From Promethearchaeota archaeon (GTDB lineage Archaea > Asgardarchaeota > Lokiarchaeia > Sigyniarchaeales > SOKP01), in the NCBI GenBank assembly GCA_013375475.1, contig JABXKD010000028.1:17174-41173 (forward strand): DNA of 24,000 nucleotides, read 5' to 3'. Numbering within the stretch: the stretch's first letter is position 1; each line of letters opens with the position of its first letter. Below are positions 1 to 8,168 of this stretch, in pieces. The notes under the pieces were generated by a model. That model was not told the DNA's origin. It worked only from the letters and a program-made list of their open reading frames with translations, and searched no databases. Both the position numbers and the translations under genes were made by a program.

Positions 1-1051
1 CCAATAAATTCCAGCTATGACCTTTTTGGTAACTAATTAGATTGAATTTATTTTCAATATGTGCATCAAAAATATCTAAATCGTCTAGTTCTATCGCGTT
101 TTGCAGAATTATCGGCTTTGATTTCCAATTGGGCCACTTTCTATCAAAAATTTGGCGAAAAGGTTCGCTAACCCAAAACCCTAAATGAATACCATTTGTA
201 ATGTAGTCAACTTCATATTGAGGGAACATAGCTTGTGATATTTCCCCGTGCTTCTTAGCCACGCCGTTTCTATACCTAGAAAGCCCCATTCCTAGATGGG
301 TCATATTGAATTGGCCTTTATCATCAGCGATTTTTCTAATATCCTGAGGTAACCTATCATTAAATACTTTATCTATTAAATCTTGATTAAACCGATCGTG
401 TCCGGCGGGGACTGGGGTATGGGTGGTAAATACAACCTTCTCCTTTACTTTAGCAAGATCACCTCCAAACATATTGTAGAGCTCTACTATTGAAAAAGAG
501 CCGTGTCCTTCGTTGAGATGATAAGTCTGGATATTATTGTACCCTAAAGATTTTAATAGCTTTACACCACCTATCCCTATTATCATTTCTTGAACGATCC
601 TATTCCATCGAGAAGTGGAATCATAAAGAGAACCAGTCATATTTTTCATCCATTCTTCATTTCCTTCAATATCTGTTGTCAATAGATAAATAGGAAGAAT
701 ATGATCTGATTGTCCTATTACTTTGTATAACCAAGCAGAGACTAATACTTCTTTATCTTCAATTTTTACCTTTATAGGTTTTTCAACTTTTTCAAACTCG
801 TAGAAAAAGTTCCACTCAATTTCTTTTTCTTTTTGCTCTCCAAGTTCATTGAAGAACTGATAAAAATAACCTGAACTATAACACAAACATATTCCTACCA
901 TAGGAAGCTCTAAATCTGCCGCAGCTCTAACAGTATCGCCTGATAATACGCCTAAACCTCCACTATATGTTGGAATGCTTGAATCCACAGCAATTTCCAT
1001 AGAAATATACGCAATTTGAGTACTATCCTTCAAATCTTTATTAATTTCCAT
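1..1051 (-). CDS. glgP: alpha-glucan (glycogen/maltodextrin) phosphorylase, GT35 family; N-terminal ~350 codons, gene runs off the left edge
   Basis: Absent from the ORF track because it is open at the window edge. My minus-strand translation from the ATG at 1049-1051 gives MEINKDLKDSTQIAYISMEIAVDSSIPTYSGGLGVLSGDTVRAAADLELPMVGICLCYSSGYF...FTTHTPVPAGHDRF...YRNGVAKKHGE...YITNGIH with no stops down to position 1. The YSGGLGVLSGD, TTHTPVPAGHD and NGVAKKHG blocks are typical of archaeal/bacterial alpha-glucan phosphorylases. Confidence 0.85.
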   Translation of the reverse strand, partial: MEINKDLKDSTQIAYISMEIAVDSSIPTYSGGLGVLSGDTVRAAADLELPMVGICLCYSSGYFYQFFNELGEQKEKEIEWNFFYEFEKVEKPIKVKIEDKEVLVSAWLYKVIGQSDHILPIYLLTTDIEGNEEWMKNMTGSLYDSTSRWNRIVQEMIIGIGGVKLLKSLGYNNIQTYHLNEGHGSFSIVELYNMFGGDLAKVKEKVVFTTHTPVPAGHDRFNQDLIDKVFNDRLPQDIRKIADDKGQFNMTHLGMGLSRYRNGVAKKHGEISQAMFPQYEVDYITNGIHLGFWVSEPFRQIFDRKWPNWKSKPIILQNAIELDDLDIFDAHIENKFNLISYQKGHSWNLL

Positions 1052-1205
1052 CGCTTAACACTTGATTAGTTAGTTTTTAATTTGACTTCAGCAAAAAATA
1101 ATTTAATCTCTATATATTATTTTTAAAACGCTTACTATAAATTCTTATGTTAAAATGGATGATAATAAACCTTTCTGTTAATCATCTATTATTAGTTAAA
1201 TAAAC

Positions 1206-1577
1206 CTAATCATCATCAAGTTTTAAATTAGGTTTTTCTAATTTGACTTTCTTTGAAATTCCAAAAGTATCCCATCTTTCAATATCTAATTCATCCAATT
1301 TCTTTAGAAGTTCATTACTCTCTAAATTAGGTATTGGGTTTAAAAGGCTTGGTGTTGGTATTGGGTTAATAATATATGGTTGCAGAAAATTATTACTTTT
1401 AGTTAAAATATCTTCAGTCAGATTTTTGTTAGAAAGATGTTTTTTAAAAAAAGGGTTTTCAGGCCTTAAATTCACTTTCTTGGTGGTATCGTTAAGGATT
1501 GGGGTTCGGGGGACTGTTGATTTTGCCATCCGGCAAATCGGACAGTTGATTTTATCAAGACCGTGCATACAAAGCAA
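1206..1577 (-). CDS. hypothetical small protein with N-terminal C-x-H-x6-C-P-x-C zinc-knuckle-like motif and a proline-rich NPIP repeat
   Basis: 123-aa ORF beginning MLCMHGLDKINCPICRM. The TTG start at 1577 keeps the first Cys; an ATG start at 1568 would drop it. The middle contains INPIPTPSLLNPIPNLES. I recognise no family. The 1243-1623 plus-strand ORF is its antisense shadow. Confidence 0.45.
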   Translation of the reverse strand: MLCMHGLDKINCPICRMAKSTVPRTPILNDTTKKVNLRPENPFFKKHLSNKNLTEDILTKSNNFLQPYIINPIPTPSLLNPIPNLESNELLKKLDELDIERWDTFGISKKVKLEKPNLKLDDD

Positions 1578-1679
1578 ATTCTATCACTTTAATATAAATT
1601 CAGTTCTGAATTGGATAAATTAATTTTATCTTATATTTTTTTTTATTATTAAATATGAATAATTTTATAGGGGAATAAA

Positions 1680-2777
1680 TTGAACGATAATTTTCTTAAA
1701 GAAATCAAATCTCAACCTCAAGCCTTAAGGGATACATTTGATTATATCCTTGGAGAAGGTAAACCTCAATTTTTAAAATTAAGAGATTTTATAAAAAAAG
1801 GAGGAATTACTAAACTTGTTTTTACCGGAATGGGCTCAAGTTTCATCAGTTCATATTTGCCATATTATATATTAAACCAATATGGAATTGCTGTTGAAAT
1901 GCGAGAAGCTGGAGAATTCCTCTTTAACACTTTTCCTACGATAAAAAAAAATTGCTTTAAAGATACTGGGATTATAATTATTTCACAATCAGGGGAATCT
2001 GGTGAAATTAGAGAATTGTTAAGGGATATAAATGCAATCCCTATTGAAAACAAACCTTTGACAATTGGAATGACAAATAATGCTGATAGTTATCTAGCAT
2101 ATATGACAGAGTTGCAAATATATATGAATTTTGACAAGGAAGTTTCAGTTACTTCAAAAAGCTATGTATGTACCCTGTTATTGCTCTACGTTATGGCAAA
2201 GACTATTATTGGCGAATTTTTTACAAGCGAAGACGAAAATCAAAGAGTAGAAGAATTACTGACTGAAATTGAAAGAATTCTAAAAGATCAAAAGGAGATC
2301 AATAAACTATGGAAAGAAATCCTTACACCATTTGGAGATAAGATTGATTTTCTCGAAATCCTCTCAAGAGGTTCTTCGTTAACTACAGCACATCAAGGTG
2401 CATTAAATTTTAAGGAAATCGTCAAATCATACTCAGAAGCAAGTTCTATATCCACTTTTAGACATGGAGGTATAGAATGCTTAAAAGATACAACAAATCT
2501 TATTATTCTGTCATCTGATAAAGAAAATCTTAATTTAAATGTTCCATTTATAGATAATATAGTAAATAAATGGGCTTTTGGGAAAATGTTGCACATTACG
2601 AATCAAGATTTCGACAAAGAAGTAGAAGAATTACATGACAATCAAAACATAATCACTTACAAGCACAATATAAAAGATCCACACTTAGCTTCGATTATGG
2701 AAATCATTATTCTTCAATTACTATTCTACAAGATGGCAGAAAAAAAAGGAATTGAACCAGGAGCATTTTTCTATTGA
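1680..2777 (+). CDS. SIS-domain sugar-phosphate isomerase/deaminase, similar to the GlmS isomerase domain (no glutaminase domain)
   Basis: 365 aa, double-SIS length. N-terminus FLKEIKSQPQAL. Motifs KLVFTGMGSSF and IIISQSGESGE are classic SIS phosphosugar-binding blocks. TTG start, with AGGGG 6 nt upstream. Ends at a TGA (see finding on the C-tail). Confidence 0.8.
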   Translation: MNDNFLKEIKSQPQALRDTFDYILGEGKPQFLKLRDFIKKGGITKLVFTGMGSSFISSYLPYYILNQYGIAVEMREAGEFLFNTFPTIKKNCFKDTGIIIISQSGESGEIRELLRDINAIPIENKPLTIGMTNNADSYLAYMTELQIYMNFDKEVSVTSKSYVCTLLLLYVMAKTIIGEFFTSEDENQRVEELLTEIERILKDQKEINKLWKEILTPFGDKIDFLEILSRGSSLTTAHQGALNFKEIVKSYSEASSISTFRHGGIECLKDTTNLIILSSDKENLNLNVPFIDNIVNKWAFGKMLHITNQDFDKEVEELHDNQNIITYKHNIKDPHLASIMEIIILQLLFYKMAEKKGIEPGAFFY

Positions 2778-2866
2778 CAGAAAATAACAAATAACATTTA
2801 ACACTATCAAGATTTTAACCCGATTCATAGGTTATATCATATCAATCTATTTGCTTGTTAAGAATT

Positions 2867-4144
2867 ATGGAATCAACAGCTACGAAACAAACTTTAAGAA
2901 GCTATATATTTTTTTGGTCAGGTCAATTATTTTCGTTGTTAGGGTCATCTATTGTTCAAATTGTACTAAATTTTTGGCTCTACGAGGAGACAGAAAGCTT
3001 GACGGTGGTATCACTAGCTTTTTTTTTCTCTTTTCTACCACAATTTATTCTTGGACCTTTTGTTGGCGTATTTGCCGATAGATGGAACAGAAAAATTTTA
3101 ATAGGAATTTCTGATTTTTGTCAAGCACTTACCACATTAAGTTTAGTGTTTCTATTTTTCTTTAATATTCGGATGGTATGGCTAGTTATTTGTATTAATA
3201 GTCTTAGAGGGGTATTTCAAGCATTTCATTGGCCCGTTGTAAATGCAATAATACCATTAATGATACCAAAGAAAAATTTAAGCAGGATGAATGGTATTAA
3301 CTATTTTTTTACCGGTTTGGTCCAAACGATGGGTCCTATTATTGCTGGTATTTTGTTATTACTTTTTCCTATCGAACTAATATTATGGGTTGATATTCTT
3401 ACTTTTTTGATTGCTATAACTCCTCTAATATTAATAAAAATACCTCCTCTGTTGAAGAAAATTCTTCCAAAACATAAAAGTTCATATTTCAGAGAATTTA
3501 AATTAGGATTTAAAGCCATAAAAATCGTCCCGGGACTCCTAACCCTTCTTTTTGTAGCAACCATTTTAAATTTTTTGGGAAATCCATTTAACACATTAAT
3601 GATACCGTATGTAAGAGGGACTCATTCTGGGAGTGTGGAAAATCTCGCTATTGTACTTGCATCAATTCAAGCAGGGATGTTTGTTGGAGCAACAATTGTA
3701 GTCATTAAAAAGATTTGGAATAAAAAACCCATAATCATTTTTACTGGAATATTGATAGGTGAGGCCGGACACTTAATATTAGCTTTAGCGCCTCCATCTA
3801 ATTTTCTTATGATTAGTATTGGTGGATTTCTTTTTGCATTTATCGTTCCTTTTGTCAATACCATGTTCTTAACGATTCTACAAACCGTCATTCCTCCAGA
3901 TAAACAAGGACGAGTCATGTCTAATGTGATTACTATAGTCACTCTAGTTTCACCTATAGCGATGTTAATATCAGGGCCCTTAGCAGAGCTGATTAGCATT
4001 ACGACCCTTTTTATTTTTAGTGCAGGGTTAAATATTATTTTTGTAATATTTGTTTGGATTTTTACAAATGTTAGAAATAACGATTACGATAAAGTGTATG
4101 AATTTGAATTGGATGAAAATATTATTGACCAAAACAGTTTTTAA
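2867..4144 (+). CDS. MFS transporter (EntS/MFS_3-like)
   Basis: About 12 hydrophobic segments. The FADRWNRK loop after TM2 is typical of this MFS subfamily. I prefer the ATG at 2867 (MESTATKQ) to the TTG at 2855 used by the track. Confidence 0.8.
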   Translation: MESTATKQTLRSYIFFWSGQLFSLLGSSIVQIVLNFWLYEETESLTVVSLAFFFSFLPQFILGPFVGVFADRWNRKILIGISDFCQALTTLSLVFLFFFNIRMVWLVICINSLRGVFQAFHWPVVNAIIPLMIPKKNLSRMNGINYFFTGLVQTMGPIIAGILLLLFPIELILWVDILTFLIAITPLILIKIPPLLKKILPKHKSSYFREFKLGFKAIKIVPGLLTLLFVATILNFLGNPFNTLMIPYVRGTHSGSVENLAIVLASIQAGMFVGATIVVIKKIWNKKPIIIFTGILIGEAGHLILALAPPSNFLMISIGGFLFAFIVPFVNTMFLTILQTVIPPDKQGRVMSNVITIVTLVSPIAMLISGPLAELISITTLFIFSAGLNIIFVIFVWIFTNVRNNDYDKVYEFELDENIIDQNSF

Positions 4145-4200
4145 AAAAGAGCTTTTTAATTATTGTATACAACCCATTAAAACATAAAGATAATAGAAAA

Positions 4201-5337
4201 ATGACGAAAGCAATAATACTATCGGGTGGTTGGGGTACAAGGCTAAGGCCCTTAACGTGTACAATCCCTAAAACTCTAATTCCGATCGTTAATAAACCAG
4301 TTATCGAGCGGCAGATGTTACTGTTGAAATCTGTGGGTGTTAAGGAAATTGTGCTAGCCGTGAGTGTGATGGATGGTGTAATTAAAAGTTATTTCAAAGA
4401 AGGTGAGAAATTAGGAATAAAAATTTACTACACGATTGAAAAACATCCAAAAGGGACTGCAGGGGCTTTAAAATTAGCAGAATCTTACCTAAAAGACGAT
4501 AACTTTTTCATGCTAAACGGTGATGTAGTTCTAAATTATAATATGGGAGAAATGCTTAAATTCCACAGCAAAAACAAAGGGATTGGTACAATTGCGGGTA
4601 AAGTTGTAGATGATCCCTCAAGATATGGTGTTTTAATTGTAAACGATGAAACTCACCAATTATTAGAATTTTTAGAAAAAAACGAATATTCACCTCCAAA
4701 CGGCAAAGTAGTTCCTATGCCCATAAATGCGGGAGTATATATTTTAGAACCCGAAGTATTTTCTTATATTGAGGCAAATAAAAAAGTATCGATTGAAAGA
4801 GAAGTGTTTCCTAAAATAGTAAAAGAGAAAAATCTCTATTATTATCCAATTAGCGGCATATGGAAAGATATTGGCAACCCTTACGATTTATTGCAAGCAA
4901 ATATTCTTATGATGAATGATTTAATTAATAGTTTAGATGGAAACACAAAAAATCTAGTAGATCATTCTGTAAATATCCACCCGAGTTCAGAAATTCATCC
5001 ACCATGTGTTATTGGTGAAAACGTAGTAATTCACGGTGATTGTAAAATTGGTCCTAATGTAGTAATTGGAGATAATGTTTTAGTTGAAAATAAGACTAGC
5101 ATTTCAAATTGTTTAATCTATAATGGAGTATATATCTCCAATAATGCTAAAATCGAAAAAGCGATTATTGCTGATAATTGCAATATTCGAGAAAATGTGG
5201 TAATAGAAGGTAATAACGAAAATTTAGTAATCCTTGCTTCATATGTAGAGGTTTTAAAAAATCTCAAAATTATCGCCCCCAAAACAATTTCTCTGACTGT
5301 TTGCCATCACGAAGTAGTAAAAGAAAGTATGAAATAA
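4201..5337 (+). CDS. NDP-sugar pyrophosphorylase (mannose-1-P guanylyltransferase / glucose-1-P nucleotidyltransferase-like) with C-terminal left-handed beta-helix
   Basis: N-terminus AIILSGGWGTRLRPLTCTIPKTLIPIVNKP is the nucleotidyltransferase signature G-x-G-T-R-L-x-P-L-T. The C-terminal third is hexapeptide-repeat-like (IGENVVIHGDCKIGPNVVIGDNVLVENKTSI...). Confidence 0.85.
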   Translation: MTKAIILSGGWGTRLRPLTCTIPKTLIPIVNKPVIERQMLLLKSVGVKEIVLAVSVMDGVIKSYFKEGEKLGIKIYYTIEKHPKGTAGALKLAESYLKDDNFFMLNGDVVLNYNMGEMLKFHSKNKGIGTIAGKVVDDPSRYGVLIVNDETHQLLEFLEKNEYSPPNGKVVPMPINAGVYILEPEVFSYIEANKKVSIEREVFPKIVKEKNLYYYPISGIWKDIGNPYDLLQANILMMNDLINSLDGNTKNLVDHSVNIHPSSEIHPPCVIGENVVIHGDCKIGPNVVIGDNVLVENKTSISNCLIYNGVYISNNAKIEKAIIADNCNIRENVVIEGNNENLVILASYVEVLKNLKIIAPKTISLTVCHHEVVKESMK

Positions 5338-5339
5338 AA

Positions 5340-6542
5340 ATGAGTATTCAATATACACCTAAGAAAATATATTCTAAAGTGCTCAACAAGGAAATAGAGA
5401 AGAAGGACGCAATAAAATTATTTGAATCACTAATTCACAACAGCGATAATGAAGAAATCAGATGTACAGCTTTAGATTATATAGGAAAAATTGCTTTTGA
5501 TGATAAGAAGACTTTTGATGTAATTGAATATTGCTTGATTTCTGATGAATCACCATTTGTTAGATATGAGGCTGCTAAAACTTTAATCCAAGCCTTTCCC
5601 AAACGGGAAAATACTCCTTTGATTTGGGCGATTCAAAATGAGAACTCAGTATATTTCTTTAAAAAATTAATTGACTTATTAGAAACTTATAACACATCTC
5701 AATTTAAAAATATTCGTGAAGAAGCTCTAACGAAAATAGAACATCATTATAATTTAAACTCGAACGATTCGAAGTTTATTCTCGATATCGATTATCTGGA
5801 TTATATGAAATTTAAAACCGAGTTTTCTAATTTTTCACGCAAATTTGAATTACTATACGAAGCAAAACATCTATTAATTAAAGAAAATACTGAATTTGGG
5901 TATAAAGGGTTAGGTCGAGTTCAAACATCAAAAAATGGATACATTTTGAACTTAGCTCTCATTGATCTTGTTGAGATTCCTGATTCTATTTGTAATCTTA
6001 CAAAGTTAGAATCCTTGGAAATATCTTATTGTAACCTAAAGGATATTCCAAATACTTGCCCAAATCTATTATCACTTAAGAATCTAATATTGAGTAACAA
6101 TCAATTCCACAATTTACCTAGATGGGTTATAGAGATTGCAAATAAGAATAAATATGTTGATAAGTATGTAAATAGCGGTGTTCTGAAATCAGAAGCTCAT
6201 ACTTTGGGTTTATTAGAGATTGTAACCGGTCGTGCATGTAAGAAAATGCAACGAGATAAAACTTTTGGTCCTAAAGGAACTGTACGTTATGAAGTAAATA
6301 ACGACGGTTATATCACCAAAATTCTCTATATATCAACAGAGTCTCGAATTGGCGTATTTCCAGAAGTACTTTGTAGTTTAGAATTTCTTGAAGAATTAAC
6401 TCTGATCGATCAAAACATTCAATTTATTCCGGAAACTATTGAAAGGCTAAAAAGGTTAAAATTGCTCGACCTTAGGCATAACAAAATAGAAATTTTGCCT
6501 GAGTCGATGAAAGAATTAATAAATCTTGAATTTCTTTATTAA
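5340..6542 (+). CDS. HEAT-like repeat + leucine-rich repeat (LRR) protein
   Basis: ATG at 5340 (MSIQYTPKK), 3 nt after the upstream stop. The N-terminal part has HEAT/PBS-lyase-like repeats (EEIRCTALDYIGKI..., SPFVRYEAAKTLIQAF). The C-terminal part has clear LRRs (LVEIPDSICNLTKLESLEISYCNLKDIPNTCPNLLSLKNLILSNNQFHNLPRWV; LEELTLIDQNIQFIPETIERLKRLKLLDLRHNKIEILPESMKELINLEFLY). Confidence 0.75.
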   Translation: MSIQYTPKKIYSKVLNKEIEKKDAIKLFESLIHNSDNEEIRCTALDYIGKIAFDDKKTFDVIEYCLISDESPFVRYEAAKTLIQAFPKRENTPLIWAIQNENSVYFFKKLIDLLETYNTSQFKNIREEALTKIEHHYNLNSNDSKFILDIDYLDYMKFKTEFSNFSRKFELLYEAKHLLIKENTEFGYKGLGRVQTSKNGYILNLALIDLVEIPDSICNLTKLESLEISYCNLKDIPNTCPNLLSLKNLILSNNQFHNLPRWVIEIANKNKYVDKYVNSGVLKSEAHTLGLLEIVTGRACKKMQRDKTFGPKGTVRYEVNNDGYITKILYISTESRIGVFPEVLCSLEFLEELTLIDQNIQFIPETIERLKRLKLLDLRHNKIEILPESMKELINLEFLY

Positions 6543-6589
6543 AAAGTAATATGGAAGAAAATAGATAGAATTATATTTGGAGTATAAAC

Positions 6590-6868
6590 ATGGAAAATTT
6601 AGAAGAAAAAGGCTTGATAATTTATAACGCCATATTTCAGGGAGAAAAAAATGTTGAAATTGATGAGATCGAATATCCCATTAAAAAATTTTCAAGTGGA
6701 ATTAAGTATGTAGATTTTTTTGGATATCGCTTTATAGAACAGAATAGAAACAAAAAATCAGAATGGGGTAAGAAAGCTCGAGAGGGTCATAAAATTATGT
6801 GGATAATAAAAGAAAGGAGATACATTTCCCAAATATTAGATGGGAACTATAATGAATTAAAAAAATAA
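6590..6868 (+). CDS. hypothetical protein (92 aa)
   Basis: Only sizeable ORF in this interval, with coding-like composition. I cannot name the FIEQNRNKKSEWGKKAREGHKIMW block. Confidence 0.45.
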   Translation: MENLEEKGLIIYNAIFQGEKNVEIDEIEYPIKKFSSGIKYVDFFGYRFIEQNRNKKSEWGKKAREGHKIMWIIKERRYISQILDGNYNELKK

Positions 6869-7194
6869 TCTGTATAAAACTATTTATAATCGAAAAAGCA
6901 CTCCAGTTAATTGTTTTTAAGATTATATTCTCTTTATATATTTATTCATTTGGTTACTTTCATCCTTAACTTAGGAAAAAGTTAAGAAAAAATGAAAATC
7001 TGAGGATATAGAGCTCTTGAAAAGTGGGATTGTCTGCCCATTAATCCATCTAAAGTTCTACAGAATCACATTGTTTATAATCCCTTGGAATATTGAACTC
7101 CTAAACACTGGACTCCCGATTATTTTTAATTATAGATTCCTATATTGTAATTATAAGAAAATGAAAATAAATTAAAATGAAGAATTGAAAGATT

Positions 7195-7383
7195 ATGAAT
7201 GAATTAGCTGAGATTAACTTTGGATATTATGAGTTTTTGACAATCATTCACGAAATATCGAAAAAATCGCAATCCATACAGAAAGAATCAATAAGAAAAG
7301 TGTATGAGAACTATGACTTGAAGTTATATCGAAGGAAATTAGAAAATGAAATTGCAAAACTCGATAAACTATTAATTAAGTAG
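7195..7383 (+). CDS. hypothetical small helical protein (62 aa)
   Basis: Short ORF after a 326-bp ORF-free gap. Charged, helix-prone sequence with no recognisable motif. Confidence 0.3.
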   Translation: MNELAEINFGYYEFLTIIHEISKKSQSIQKESIRKVYENYDLKLYRRKLENEIAKLDKLLIK

Positions 7384-7423
7384 ATTATCTACTTATCATT
7401 AAAATTCTTTATTTTTTTATAGA

Positions 7424-8023
7424 TTATAAGCCTTTTAATTTATCAGAAATCAACTCTAAATAAGACTTTTTAATTGATTCTTCTTTTTTAATCCCAAATT
7501 TAGCTAAAAATTGGAATAATATCTTTTTACTCTTCTCCACATCATCTACTGATTCTGTCATTAATTCTACTTCAATAAAATGCTGTTCTAAAATAGGAAT
7601 GTAATCGATTAACGCTTCTATTCTCGCCCCATCAAACATAAAATCATATAACTCTCTTTTTTTAACAACTGTGAAAATGTCTCGAAACCCTAAGAATTTA
7701 AGAAGGTTTTTCATATCTTCAATTTCACTTATTTTTATTTCGATTTCTTCTCTTGTTTTTGTTGTTTTATCAATTTTTTTACCTTTATATGTTATATAAT
7801 AGTTAGTTTTATGAGGTTTTGATGTATTGTCTTTTAAAAATCCAACAGATTTTCTTAATCTTAATGCTTCGTCCGTTTGTTTAAAATCTCTTAATCCTTC
7901 AGGCATATTAAAATAAGTATCCTCGTGATCCAGCGAAAGTTTATAAATCCCATTGTTTTCTTTAAACTTTTTCCTCATAAGATTCGGATCGGAGATTTTA
8001 ACTTTAATCTCAACTTCAATCAT
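7424..8023 (-). CDS. CYTH-domain protein (CyaB-like class IV adenylyl cyclase / triphosphate tunnel metalloenzyme)
   Basis: N-terminal MIEVEIKVKI carries the ExExK CYTH signature. Also present: DTYF, EALRLRKS, ITYKGKK...TREEIEIKI and a C-terminal FIEVEL, matching the CYTH strand pattern. Confidence 0.8.
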   Translation of the reverse strand: MIEVEIKVKISDPNLMRKKFKENNGIYKLSLDHEDTYFNMPEGLRDFKQTDEALRLRKSVGFLKDNTSKPHKTNYYITYKGKKIDKTTKTREEIEIKISEIEDMKNLLKFLGFRDIFTVVKKRELYDFMFDGARIEALIDYIPILEQHFIEVELMTESVDDVEKSKKILFQFLAKFGIKKEESIKKSYLELISDKLKGL

Positions 8024-8168
8024 GATGCTGCTCTTTTTTCTATTGATAAGAAATATATTAAATTAATAGTTATTATGTAATAATAGTTTCACTTAGAGTT
8101 GATTTTTTATATCTCAGAATTCTAAATCTATCCAAAAACTCGCAGAACAATTCGGATATCTCCCTTAT

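Noticed and set aside
1350-1400. Reading the PTPS / PYIINPIP segment of the 123-aa protein as a P(T/S)AP or YPxL viral-type late domain that would recruit ESCRT.
   Set aside because: The residues do not match either consensus (PTPS is not PTAP or PSAP, and there is no YPxnL spacing). No UEV or ALIX-like receptor gene is visible in the window, so this is too speculative to report as a function.
1597-1612. Near-perfect palindrome AATTCAG-TT-CTGAATT in the divergent promoter between the 123-aa gene and the SIS gene. Also an 8-bp inverted repeat TTAATCAC (20481-20488) / GTGATTAA (20512-20519).
   Set aside because: These are candidate regulator sites. But 7-8-bp inverted repeats with flexible spacing should occur by chance many times in 24 kb of DNA this AT-rich, and I found no second copy of either motif in the window.
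2775-2777. Idea that the TGA ending the SIS gene encodes selenocysteine.
   Set aside because: The aligned position in GlmS is a Leu in a non-redox C-tail. I see no SECIS-like stem-loop in the short, AT-rich 3' region, and TGA works as an ordinary stop elsewhere in the window. Error, nonsense mutation or natural truncation are simpler explanations.
6869-7194. 326-bp ORF-free interval, unusually long for this compact window, examined for an ncRNA. It includes a 7-bp hairpin CTTAACT/AGTTAAG near 6966-6990 and a slightly GC-richer patch at 7020-7130.
   Set aside because: I found no C box (RUGAUGA) / D box (CUGA) pair, no tRNA-like or extended GC-rich helices, and only ORFs under 20 aa. A covariance-model scan such as Rfam could still find something, but nothing here supports a call.
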